Assembly: GCA_964035575.1 (NCBI GenBank)
Contig: OZ037835.1
Coordinates: 930,001-994,000, forward strand
Direction: 5' to 3'
Length of the DNA: 64,000 nt
DNA from: Rhynchopus sp. YZ270_cl-10
Lineage: Eukaryota
The notes under the pieces were generated by a model. That model was not told where the DNA came from. It searched no databases and worked only from the letters and a program-made list of their open reading frames with translations. Positions 38,503 to 48,570 of this stretch are shown one piece after another; positions within the stretch are counted from its first letter, which is position 1, and each line of letters starts with the position of its first letter. The position numbers were made by a program, and so were the translations under genes.

Positions 38503-40696
38503 TAGGGGATACGACTCCAGCCATTTTGGCTGGGACCAAACGCACGGAAAATTCATTTGGCATTATCTGGCCATCTCCAAGGCAACTGCGGGTGAAAAAC
38601 ACCCTCAGAGTGGGTCACAGGGGGCCTGTGGGTCGAAAAACGACCCAGAAGCCACCCCAGAATACAAAAAAATGGAAAAAAATAGTGAAAAAACGGCTTT
38701 TTTCACGTTTTGGCCACTTTGGGCAAAATAGCGATTTTTCGAGAAAAAAATCAAAAACCGGGATATTTTTTGACATCACAAAGCCTCCTTTGGCACAAAT
38801 ATACCCCAAAAGTGGCCTGTGAGTCCATTCCAACCTGTTTTGGACATATTTGACACTTTTGGAAGTGTTTTTTTGGTGTTTTTAGGTCAAAAAAATGCCC
38901 AAGACGTCCCCAAGACATCCCCAAGACACTTTGCACACCCCCTGTTACGGTCATATTTTTTTCGTTTTTTTGCCTGAAACCCCCAAAATACCCCTCCCGG
39001 ACCCCACATAGTCCCGAATATCCATCACACACCCACTCAGAGTGAGTAGAAGCACCCCAAAAAAAATAATTTTTAAAGCCCTTCAACTTCAACGTGGATG
39101 CTGCCGAAACTGAAGCACAATTTTAGGGCTTTAAAAAATATTTTTTTTGGGGTGCTCATTGCTCGTGATTTTGGGGTGCTCATCATATGAATGAGGAGGG
39201 CTTGGCCTGCAACGAACGCTACAATGCACAATGTCGAAAAACCCAGGTGTCTCTGTCCTGCAATAAAAATTTTGGGATAGTGGTCATTTGTTTATTAGCA
39301 TACCCGATCCATCTATCCCGAGAGGGATTGGTTTCCCTTCAACCAACTTCAGTAGCACACCCTCGATCTCCTTCACGAACTTCGTGGAGCGGCCCAGGAC
39401 CGTTTTCCCGGTTGGGAAGTCCTCTCCGAAGAGGGGACGCACTGGCAGCGACATAATGTCGGCTTGGCGTTCTGTGAGTCCGCAGACCAGCACAGCCAAT
39501 GCCCATGTTGTGACAAACGCCGCCAACCCCATCACCGGCGTCAACACCTGCTGCCGCTTCTCCTTCGTGTCACCAACTGGAGCTGCAGCCTTCTTCTTCT
39601 TCTTCTTCTCCCTACGCTCATTATTTTTGTGGCGGTCGCTTTGGACGTGTACCTTGGCGGTACTACTTTCACCGTGTTGCACCACTCCACGGCAATGTAC
39701 ACAAAAAAGAACTGTGTCGTCTCCCTTTCGCCCTGTTTTCTTCGCTGCTGCCTTTTCCTCGAAGGGGAGCTCATCAACCTCCATTACCTGAGATTTTTTT
39801 GTTATTTGTTACATTTTTTTTATTTTTTATTACTTTGTATTCACCCTAGTCACTTTAGCGCCGCCGTAGCAGTGTGGCCCCTCATTTTGTTCTATACTGA
39901 CCGGTTTTTTAATACATTTTTAGCGATACATACTTCATAACACTCTGCAATTGATCGGTCGTACTTCTCCAGCGCGGTTAAACGACCCTGCGCGGTTACC
40001 GACGATCCCGCCTTCGCCTCCGCCGACACCTCCTTCAGCTTCTTCCGAGACTCTATGGTCTCTTTGCGCTTCTCCGCCGGGGTCTTCTCTATCGCGCCGC
40101 CTTTCTTGGCTGGTGGCTTGCTTGCAGTCTTTGTAGAAGGCTTATTCGTTGCCTTCTTCGCTGATTTTTTCACTCTTTTCTTTGTTTGTGCCCTGGTGGA
40201 AGAGGAATCGCTCGCGTCCGTGTTGCTCGAGACAATGGTCGTCTCGTCGACCTTCCTCTTTCTGCTTTTTGGGCCCATTGATGATATTTTTTTTAGCGTT
40301 TAAACTGATAAATTCCTGTTGATAGTGTAGGGGTGCACCGAAAAGAATTCACCGAAGCACGTCATATATTGTGCAAACCTAAACGCGATAATTTTCGGCG
40401 AAAATTCATGGAAAGCCCGCGGGGCTTCGAAATACAAAAGTGACTTTCTTTCTTCTTTTTTTTTGGACTTTTTTTTCTCTTTTTTTCCCCTTCCCCCCCA
40501 TTTTTGGATTTTCCGAGCCAATTGCGGAACGTGGTGGGGTCTATTTCAAAAATATGATACATTCCTGTTGGTGATACGTGTATTCGGGTCATATTCGGCC
40601 TATATTCGCCTATATTCGGATCCGAATATAGGGCGAATACGCATATTCGGATCCGAATATAGGCCGAATATCATATTCGCTTTCTAGGTATGCCTA
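38503..40696 (-). mobile_element. Internally deleted hAT-like element between poly-G tracts
   Basis: Ends TAGGGGATAC...GTATGCCTA; TATTCGG subterminal repeats 40580-40680; contains a transposase 5' remnant. Confidence 0.6.
39284..40278 (-). pseudogene. Truncated, intron-containing hAT-like transposase
   Basis: Basic N-terminal exon MGPKSRKRK; second exon has Zn finger FCVHC...HVQSDRH and first catalytic motif LGIDGS, then breaks off. Confidence 0.65.
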
Positions 40697-41215
40697 GGGG
40701 GGGGGGGGGGGGGGGGTCTCCGGGGGGGTGAGCGGACAAGTTTGGTAATTTGGCAACGGGGGGTTCTAGTACAAAACCGTGGTCACATGGATTTTATGAA
40801 TTTTCTTCAAAAAAAAAAAATTTCGAATTTTATTTATTTGGAAAGATCGGTTACGAAAACGTTCAATTCCGGGGTCGCACAATTTTTTTTATGCCTCTGT
40901 GAATGGTTAGGTGATTTTTGGCTGTGGTACCCCCTTTGGGAACGTTTCTACGCAGGTTTCTTAAGGAATTCCTTAAGAAAACCTCCTCTTTGGGTCGCAG
41001 CACAGTGGCGTCTCTAAGTTGGATTTCTTTTGAAGAAGGTTTTCGATTTTTTTCCTTTGGATTTATTTTTTACGAATCTTTCAATCCCGACCATTTTTTT
41101 TATTCAGGAACACACTCCACGGTACGCAACTTTTGGTGGAGCCGACCCCCCTTTATGCACTGAAATCCCTATACGTTACTGTATAAAGACCCGTGGAGCC
41201 TTTAAATTGACTTCA

Positions 41216-41377
41216 CTGTACTGTGTACTGTGTACTGTGTACTGTGTACTGTGTACTGTGTACTGTGTACTGTGTACTGTGTACTGTGTACTGTGTACTG
41301 TGTACTGTGTACTGTGTACTGTGTACTGTGTACTGTGTACTGTGTACTGTGTACTGTGTACTGTGTACTGTGTACTG
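41216..41377. repeat. (CTGTGTA)n 7-nt microsatellite
   Basis: Perfect tandem units. Confidence 0.95.
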
Positions 41378-41831
41378 GAGCCACTTTAAATTAACTTCTA
41401 CTCCACTAAAGTGGTCGATTTTTTTTGTGGTGAAAAGCGGGGAGCTCGGAAATCCACTTCCGCTGGTTTTCGAATTTTTTTACGTCTGTCCAAAAGCCGA
41501 AAACTTCAGGTTGCCAAATTTACAATCTTCTCCGGGGGGGGAGGGGGGGGGGGGTTTCTCAAAATCGGACGGATGACATCCGTTGAAAGTAAAAAAGAGG
41601 CTTCCCATAGCCAAAAAAAAAAGTCTGGAGAAACACAAAGGAAAAAGTAGGAGTACGGGTTCAACTTCTTTTGATGTGTATTTTGTTTCTTTCCTAGGCA
41701 GGAGGACACACATCTAAAGATAGCAACTATGATTTTGACCCGAGTTTGACGTTTGTTTGGTGTTTGGTGGAAGTTACCAACATTAGGTCCTTGAAAAAAT
41801 CCCTCCAAAAATAAAACAAAACTAAATTCTA

Positions 41832-43016
41832 TCACAAATGAACCTTGATCATAGCTGCTAACTTTTCGAGTTGGTCTACCTCCTCCATGTCCAGATCGGT
41901 TTGGCATCCTTGCACACGCACGGTGCTCTCAGAGTCCGGAGATGACGCTGCACCGTCGCTGTCTGAGGAGGCACACTTGTTTGTGACGTCGTTTTCTTCT
42001 TCGTCGCTTTTGTAGTTGTGGACCTCGGCACTGTGGAAGATGGGCATGCAGGTTGTGGTCACCAGGTCGTGGTGCATTTCTGCTGAGGGCAGGGTACGTG
42101 AGACCTTCGATTCTCTCTTGACGCTTGTGTCTGTTGTGTCCGAGCCGTCGATGCTGAGGTCGGGCATCTCCGGGCCCATATCCAACACGGTCTCCACCTC
42201 TGTCTCCAACGCCATTTGTGTACGCCTCAGGCTCACCAACCCCGGCATCTCTTTGATAGGTGATTGTGCAGGTGGTGCTGGCGCAGATGGAGGGCTGCTC
42301 GCAATTAACGCAGGGATCTCCCCCGCGCCCACTGCCCAAACAGCAACCTTCCGTTGCGCGAAGAACACCCGCTTTGCTTCGTCTGCCAACGTCACAGCGC
42401 CACCCCGGACACGGTGCGTGCTCAGCCACTGGCACGATGTTTCCCCATATTTGCGTTTACTTTGATGATTCAATTTCTGCAGTTGCAATACATGTACACA
42501 TGCCTTCGTCTCCGTGCAGTAATGTCCATCCCAACGAGGAAGAAAGGGAACCACACCACACCGCGAGGGCACCATTTCCTGCGCGGCAGCGTCGCTCAGC
42601 ATAGACACATAGATGAGGAAAGAGCGGTTTTTTTTTGTCCTGGCGGCACGCCGGCTCTTCGATTCTGCGATCGCGACCGACTCCAACTCCGCAACAGGAA
42701 ACCCCATGCCATGCAAGCATAGCAACGCCTCAGAGAGACTAGGCGGGCTGGTCCGGAAGAAGTGCACCATCACTGTTTTCGAGTCGCATGTGTCCCCCTC
42801 AGGCAGACCATTCAGGGTGTACCCTCTCACCTGGATCCCCTTTTCCACCCACGCGTCAGGAAGCGTTGGCGCCATGTCTCCTGTGCACGCCACCAGGATC
42901 GCCTCCATCCCGATCATCCTCTCAACAACCCGATACTGTGGACCCAGCACAGCAACATCTGACACCTTAAAGTCAGATGGTACCTTAATCAGTTTCCAGT
43001 AGCTCTGGAAAACCAT
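41832..43016 (-). CDS. Hypothetical protein, 394 aa, no recognised domain
   Basis: Intact ATG ORF in a GC-rich island preceded by a pyrimidine tract and CAAG; globular-looking N-terminal two thirds, acidic Ser-rich tail. Confidence 0.6.
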   Translation of the reverse strand: MVFQSYWKLIKVPSDFKVSDVAVLGPQYRVVERMIGMEAILVACTGDMAPTLPDAWVEKGIQVRGYTLNGLPEGDTCDSKTVMVHFFRTSPPSLSEALLCLHGMGFPVAELESVAIAESKSRRAARTKKNRSFLIYVSMLSDAAAQEMVPSRCGVVPFLPRWDGHYCTETKACVHVLQLQKLNHQSKRKYGETSCQWLSTHRVRGGAVTLADEAKRVFFAQRKVAVWAVGAGEIPALIASSPPSAPAPPAQSPIKEMPGLVSLRRTQMALETEVETVLDMGPEMPDLSIDGSDTTDTSVKRESKVSRTLPSAEMHHDLVTTTCMPIFHSAEVHNYKSDEEENDVTNKCASSDSDGAASSPDSESTVRVQGCQTDLDMEEVDQLEKLAAMIKVHL

Positions 43017-43869
43017 TTTTTTAAAGCTTGTAGGAGAGGAGGGGAGGGAGGGGGAGAGAGAGAGAGAAAAATATCTAGGTGGTGAGGCTATGTTGAAGGA
43101 AGAGTAAAATTAGATGTATTTTTTCCGCAAAAAAAAAAAAGTAACTGCGGAAGACGCAAAACAAACTCGCAAACGAAAATAGAGTTTTTTCTGCGAAGTG
43201 TGTGGTAAGAGGGGGAGAATAAAACATTACGAAAAAGCCTGCACCATCCGTATGCAAGCTTCATTACCATTTTGGTTTTCTCCTCACAAGAAAAAATATA
43301 TCACGAAAGCAGTTCATTGCCCACCACGGCAAAATACTACCAAAAAGCGAAGAAAACAGGCGCTGATCGGCTTACAACGGAACGGTGAAACCACAAAAAT
43401 AGAAACTTAACACTCATCACACGATAAAACCCATGGGAGAGGTTGTGGTGAAACGCACACACCTCGACCTGTTTGGTGAGGAGTGGCTCTGCAGCGCGGT
43501 TCGTCTCTAGAACCGCAAAGTGTGTTCAAAATGCTTCGTTTCTATTTCCTCCTTCATTTCATGAGGTGACAAAATAGAAACTTAACACTCATCACACGAT
43601 AAAACCCATGGGAGAGGTTGTGGTGAAACGCACACACCCAACCCCCTTTGGGACTGGGGATCGCTTCGATCCCTCAGCCTTCTCATAATCTTGTTGCCCT
43701 CTAGGCTGTTCGTTTACACTGGTCGCTCTCATGTCATTCTCAGACGCAAACTACCACTCCAGTATGTACACTGCCACTTCTTGTGTAATCGGTCCCTTTA
43801 AAAACTATTGCCACTCTCGGTCGGAAAGAACGCCCCTACTCTTAAGTTATTTTATTTCAGACAAAACGG

Positions 43870-44345
43870 ATACCGGCCACACCCGGGCGGTACCTTCCCA
43901 CTCTCGGGGTATTCCTTTTCACAACAGTTCGGTTTCATGCCACACACGGGCGGTACATTCCCACTCTCGGGGTATTACTTTGCACACACGTAACGGTTAT
44001 ATGCCACACTCGGGCGGTACCTTCCCACTCTAGGGATAGTACTTGCACAGAAAAAACGGATTTTTGCCACACACGGGCGGTACATTCCCACTCTCGGGGT
44101 CTTACTTTGCACACACGTAATGGTTATATGCCACACTCGGGCGGTACCTTCCCACTCTAGGGATAGTACTTGCACAGAAAAAACGGATTTTTGCCACACA
44201 CGGGCGGTACATTCCCACTCTCGGGGTCTTACTTTGCACACACGTAATGGTTATATGCCACACTCGGGCGGTACCTTCCCACTCTAGGGATAGTACTTGC
44301 ACAGAAAAAACGGTTATACGCCAACCACGGGCGGTACATTCCGCA
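43870..44345. repeat. Tandem array of ~63/64-nt units (127-nt dimer) in the retroelement 3' non-coding region
   Basis: Eight copies of GCCACAC.CGGGCGGTAC.TTCC. Confidence 0.9.
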
Positions 44346-44419
44346 TAAAACAAAACAAGTAAAGAAAAAACACCCCCCCCCCCCCCCCCCCCAACAAAAA
44401 ACCCTCCCGCACCCCTCAA

Positions 44420-47400
44420 TTAAATCCCCACTATCTGCTCAATCTGTGATCCTCGCGTGAACTCGTCAGCCACCTGTTCCGCCGTGCATACCCACAGTGG
44501 CCGCACCGCCATCCCCTTACGGTCCGCGAGTAGGAACATTTCCTGCATCATCAGGTTTGCGAGGTAGTTCCCCGAGTGGCCCTTCTCAAGACATCGCACC
44601 ACCGGTAGGTTGTCGATGCGCAGGGTGAGGGTTCCTCCGGTAAACCCTAAACTGCTCGCCAGCCTAATTCCCATGAATGCCGCCCACATTTCTTTCAAAA
44701 ATATGTGATGTTCTTTCTCTGTGCTCTGGAAGGCTCCCTGTGCCCCCTGTCGCCAGTCGGTGACCGCCGCCCAGGCAGTGCTAGATGCATCCGTCCACAC
44801 CACCAGTGTCGCCGTCCCAAGTCCCTTCTGAGGAACCCACACGTTCTCGCAGATTTCCTCTATGCACCCTTTTATTTCCCGCACTGCGCCTTGCTGTATC
44901 GTTACACTGTGATCCCAACTCTGTTCAGTAGTGGCGTGTTTAGCTACGCTCCGCACCGCTCCAATCATACTCGGGAAGAAACACAAACGTCTATCACGGG
45001 TGTACATCCACCACACAATGGATCCTACCACCTTGAAGAAAGCCCGCGGCGAAGTTCCTCCTTCGATAGCTGCCTTCACCTCCGCCGACTCAACGAGCTT
45101 TGCCACCCATTTTTCTGTAGATCTGAAGCCTTTCACAGTAAGATCGAATTCCAGCCCGAGTGCTTCGAAACGCTGTTGCGGTCTCCCCCCTTCTTCTTCG
45201 TGTAGCTCCACTTGAGCCGTGTCGCACCTCCCTTTGAACTTCCTGTACTCCTCTGCTGCGAGTGCGCTGCTTTTTCCCAGAAGTAGAAAGTTGTCCACCC
45301 ACGCAATGTTCTGTCGTCCCACCAAAACCCTCGAGATACGCTGTGCTATTGCGGGACTCCATGACCACCCCATGCACAGCACTGCCAGCTGCACATCCTC
45401 CGTACTTCCCCGTGCGCCCGCCAGTCTCAGCGAGAAGTACTTACGGATCTCGTGAGCCAGAGGGATCTGGTAAAAGTACGAGACTCCGTCTGCAACGCAC
45501 ACGGCCTCCGAGACCACGATGTCGCGCACTACATCTCGGATAAGCGGCAGCCGCATCTCAGGAGGCCTAACCATTATCCGGTTTAGACGTCGGGCGTCCA
45601 CCACCAATCTCAGTTCTCCCGACTTCTTCGCCACTGTGAAAGCGGGCAGCACCACCCCGTCACCTCCTTCAGCAGCCTCGACAACTCCCCATTCGCGTAG
45701 TGCACTCGCGTATTGCGCCATGTGTCGGGAGGTACCACGTGATAGCTTGTTCGGGGGCTTTTCCGTGAACAGCGACATGAATCTATCAAAGTTGGTGATC
45801 ACATCCAGTACCTGATCTGTCTCCCCCTCGGCATCCATCCTCCGGATCGCGTCCAGGTCCATTCGGTTCGACGAGATCCGTGCCATCTGTCCCCTGGGTT
45901 CCCTCCTGGAATCCGGCCGTACGTGTTCCCCTTCCACTTCCACCGAGAAATCGTTGTCGTACCACGCCTCGAAGCCCGCTGAGTAAGAGTCTGGTTCCTC
46001 ATTTGATGTATCGTATGCTTGTACAGACGGAGTCAGGATCTCGCTGAATGACACTCGCCGTATGGTGGACTGTGTTTGCTGTGGGAAACGCTGCACCCCA
46101 AGCAACTTTCTCATAGGAGCTGAGAGATCGCGGCCGTCTTCTTTACCAGTGTCGTTGCTGCCAGCGGCGCGTACTGCAGAAGCCCCTCCACGGTCTTGTG
46201 TCGCGTCACCTTGCACACGTCTTCCAACTCCACGTCCCTTGTGACAAGCCTGTGTATTGCCCCCCGCCGTAGGCTGTGTGGAGTCAGCTTCTTGTTGACC
46301 TTCTTCAGTGCCTTCGCTACTTTGAAATAGGATGCGTGTTGCAGAAGTTGCCCCTGGTTCCCTCGTTTCGCCCTGTGTAGTAGCTGCGTCATGCCCTTGT
46401 CCAGCGTCAGTCCCGTCGTCTGTCCTTTCCCAAAGGGATCGTTCTTGGTTCCTCTCCAGGTGATCGCCGATGTATCCCCTTGAGTCGTTACCTCCCTCGC
46501 GGCGATGCTCATCACGTCTGAGTGTCTTGCAGCTCCGTACCACATCAAACCTATCGCTAGACGCACTTCGGGGTCGCTTTCCTCTCGCATGGCTTGTTCC
46601 GCTTCCTCCCTTGTCGCCGGTATGGCTTGCACCCTCGGAACCTCGGCTCCCATTCGCCGTAAACCCCTCCGGAAAGCGTCCAGCTTCGTGCTTTCGACCG
46701 GCTTCTCCAAGAGGTGTTTGCGCGCAGAAGAGATCGCGTACGTGTAAGCCAGCGCAGAGCTGTGAGCTATGCCGTCCATCTCTAGCTTCTTGGATACCCA
46801 CAAGATGATCGCAGTCGGAACGTCCAGCACGCCTTCGGCTTCCTCCCATGCTTTGCGAAACTCCGCGAAACGGCGGTAGCACGACGCTATGTTCCCCCAC
46901 GTACTCTTCGCCAAAGCCTGGTCGAGGATAAGGTTTGCATTCGTGGTGATCTTGTCCCTCTCCTCTAGCGTGAGGTGACCCCCTTCGTATCTGCGCGGTC
47001 TCCCCAGAGTGCACGGTTCCTGCCGTAACCTCCGCTGCAGCCCCGTCTCCACCCTGTCCGCCGTCCGTCCCTGCATCCTCTCCCCCTCTCCCCGTAGTAT
47101 GTTTTGCAGTGCGCTGGCACATGCTTTCTTCGGATTTTGTTTCGTGTTGTGAGTTGGTGTTGTATCTTTGTAGTTTAGTATGTTTTGCAATGCGCTGCCC
47201 TTCTTCGGATTTTGCTTCGTGTTGTGAGTTGGTGTTGTATCTTTGTAGTTTAGTATGTTTTGCAATGCGCTGCCCTTCTTCGGATTTTGCTTCGTGTTGT
47301 GATTTGGTGTTGTATCTTTGTAGTTTAGTATGTTTTGCAATGCGCTGCCATTCTTCGGATTTTGCTTCGTGTTGTGAGTTGGTGTTGTATCTTTGAAGTT

Positions 47401-47575
47401 TAGTATGTTTTGCAGTACGCTGCCATCTGCTTTCTTCGGATTTTGTTTCGTGGTGTGATTTGGTGTCGCAGTTACGTAGTTTAGTCTGTTCTGCTGCGGC
47501 TGCTGCGCACACAACACCTTCTCCCCCTCGACCCGTAGCAGTTCCTCGTGATGGGTGGGTGGGTGGGACTGTCAC
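44420..47575 (-). CDS. Reverse transcriptase-RNase H ORF (start uncertain; the N-terminal half overlaps the YR ORF)
   Basis: FTVAKKSGELRLVVDARRLN, ADGVSYFYQIPL, LCMGWSWSP, WVDNF, ALGLEFD; RNase H WTDAS, HIFLKE, IDN, ADEFTR. Confidence 0.92.
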   Translation of the reverse strand: MTVPPTHPSRGTATGRGGEGVVCAAAAAEQTKLRNCDTKSHHETKSEESRWQRTAKHTKLQRYNTNSQHEAKSEEWQRIAKHTKLQRYNTKSQHEAKSEEGQRIAKHTKLQRYNTNSQHEAKSEEGQRIAKHTKLQRYNTNSQHETKSEESMCQRTAKHTTGRGGEDAGTDGGQGGDGAAAEVTAGTVHSGETAQIRRGSPHARGEGQDHHECKPYPRPGFGEEYVGEHSVVLPPFRGVSQSMGGSRRRAGRSDCDHLVGIQEARDGRHSSQLCAGLHVRDLFCAQTPLGEAGRKHEAGRFPEGFTANGSRGSEGASHTGDKGGSGTSHARGKRPRSASSDRFDVVRSCKTLRRDEHRREGGNDSRGYIGDHLERNQERSLWERTDDGTDAGQGHDAATTQGETREPGATSATRILFQSSEGTEEGQQEADSTQPTAGGNTQACHKGRGVGRRVQGDATQDRGGASAVRAAGSNDTGKEDGRDLSAPMRKLLGVQRFPQQTQSTIRRVSFSEILTPSVQAYDTSNEEPDSYSAGFEAWYDNDFSVEVEGEHVRPDSRREPRGQMARISSNRMDLDAIRRMDAEGETDQVLDVITNFDRFMSLFTEKPPNKLSRGTSRHMAQYASALREWGVVEAAEGGDGVVLPAFTVAKKSGELRLVVDARRLNRIMVRPPEMRLPLIRDVVRDIVVSEAVCVADGVSYFYQIPLAHEIRKYFSLRLAGARGSTEDVQLAVLCMGWSWSPAIAQRISRVLVGRQNIAWVDNFLLLGKSSALAAEEYRKFKGRCDTAQVELHEEEGGRPQQRFEALGLEFDLTVKGFRSTEKWVAKLVESAEVKAAIEGGTSPRAFFKVVGSIVWWMYTRDRRLCFFPSMIGAVRSVAKHATTEQSWDHSVTIQQGAVREIKGCIEEICENVWVPQKGLGTATLVVWTDASSTAWAAVTDWRQGAQGAFQSTEKEHHIFLKEMWAAFMGIRLASSLGFTGGTLTLRIDNLPVVRCLEKGHSGNYLANLMMQEMFLLADRKGMAVRPLWVCTAEQVADEFTRGSQIEQIVGI
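46111..47517 (-). CDS. Tyrosine recombinase (start uncertain)
   Basis: Catalytic set AARHSD (R), TKND (K), HSLRRG (HxxR), TRHK (H), LQY (Y); LAKSTWGN core-binding helix. Confidence 0.92.
   Translation of the reverse strand: MLCAQQPQQNRLNYVTATPNHTTKQNPKKADGSVLQNILNFKDTTPTHNTKQNPKNGSALQNILNYKDTTPNHNTKQNPKKGSALQNILNYKDTTPTHNTKQNPKKGSALQNILNYKDTTPTHNTKQNPKKACASALQNILRGEGERMQGRTADRVETGLQRRLRQEPCTLGRPRRYEGGHLTLEERDKITTNANLILDQALAKSTWGNIASCYRRFAEFRKAWEEAEGVLDVPTAIILWVSKKLEMDGIAHSSALAYTYAISSARKHLLEKPVESTKLDAFRRGLRRMGAEVPRVQAIPATREEAEQAMREESDPEVRLAIGLMWYGAARHSDVMSIAAREVTTQGDTSAITWRGTKNDPFGKGQTTGLTLDKGMTQLLHRAKRGNQGQLLQHASYFKVAKALKKVNKKLTPHSLRRGAIHRLVTRDVELEDVCKVTRHKTVEGLLQYAPLAATTLVKKTAAISQLL
47095..47485. 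repeat. About five 75-nt tandem repeats inside the overlapping YR and RT frames
   Basis: TTCTTCGGATTTTG recurs at 47126, 47201, 47276, 47351 and 47432. Confidence 0.9.
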
Positions 47576-48570
47576 TTCTTCCCCTTCCCCCCCTTTCCCC
47601 CTTTTCCCCCTTTTCCCCCCTTCTGTCCGAACCTAACGTCTCCCTGCGCAAAATTTGAGTCCCCTTCAATTCTCCTCCTCTTCCTCTGCTCGGCCTCCTT
47701 TTCCCCCGCGGTCTGGGCCTGCGCCGTAACTGCCCGAAGCAGCTGCTCCGTCAGGTCCGCACACAGGATGTGCTGCATCCTGGTCTCCCACAAGACCGCT
47801 GCATCGTGTCCGTAATACGTACGGAGACGCACGGACTCCATCCTCAACACCCCCCTGTGCACCGCCTCCCTTGCCTCCGGATGGGCCACCACCAAAGGGA
47901 GCAAGGGAAGAATGACGCCATACAGCGTGCGGATCTCGTGCTCCGTCCCCGAAGCGGCGGTACCTGCGTCCTCCGCGCCGCGACCATACCTCTCGTAAAG
48001 GGCATGGCGCGCCATCTGTTGCATCGCCGGGAAGCGCATTCGGCCGTACCATGACGACACCCTCTGGATGAGGGTTCCCGTCAGTCCCCGCGTCACCTCA
48101 TCTCTCTCCAATCTCATTTCTTCGCGCTCCTGCCGATGTGCCTCCCGCTCCGCCAAAAGAGCTTCGAAAAGTTGCTGGGATGCGGGGTCCTTTACCCGTT
48201 GTAGAAGCCCTCCTTGCTGGTCTGGCTCCGCCTCCTTACCTTCGCTCTTGTCACGCATATCCCACTGTTGTACCCCCTGGTGCACCCGTACTGCACACAC
48301 GGGACAAACCCACGTCGTGTCCTTGAACCCGACCGAGAAAGTGTCGAGTGCGTCCCCATGAGCCTGCAGGTTGGCGGTGAGGCATGCGGTCGTCGTCCGC
48401 CTACCGCACATACGGCACGTGCCCGATTCTCCGTCACTGTGTGTTTCACCGCACTGGGGAAACACACAGTCCGGAATTTGCGTCGGCGCCAAAGCTCCCT
48501 TGGGGACCTCCGACACCACCTTTATCTCCTCCCACTTGACATCGTCCAGACGCATGTCTGCCCGGGACAT
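47572..48570 (-). CDS. Gag-like ORF1 with PHD-like Cys cluster, coiled coil and KGG-repeat tail
   Basis: First ORF of the element; CVFPQC...CRMC...TTAC...WVCPVC; probable start MSRADM. Confidence 0.75.
   Translation of the reverse strand: MSRADMRLDDVKWEEIKVVSEVPKGALAPTQIPDCVFPQCGETHSDGESGTCRMCGRRTTTACLTANLQAHGDALDTFSVGFKDTTWVCPVCAVRVHQGVQQWDMRDKSEGKEAEPDQQGGLLQRVKDPASQQLFEALLAEREAHRQEREEMRLERDEVTRGLTGTLIQRVSSWYGRMRFPAMQQMARHALYERYGRGAEDAGTAASGTEHEIRTLYGVILPLLPLVVAHPEAREAVHRGVLRMESVRLRTYYGHDAAVLWETRMQHILCADLTEQLLRAVTAQAQTAGEKEAEQRKRRRIEGDSNFAQGDVRFGQKGGKGGKGGKGGKGKK

Noticed and set aside
43540..43610. Hammerhead ribozyme at the B1/A2 junction (TGATGAG...GAAA on the minus strand)
   Set aside because: The core reads GUGAUGA, not CUGAUGA, and I could not build stems I-III.
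43870..44345. CRISPR-like array next to an RT
   Set aside because: The linkers are related to each other and repeat exactly, there are no cas genes, and the context is eukaryotic. It is a tandem repeat.
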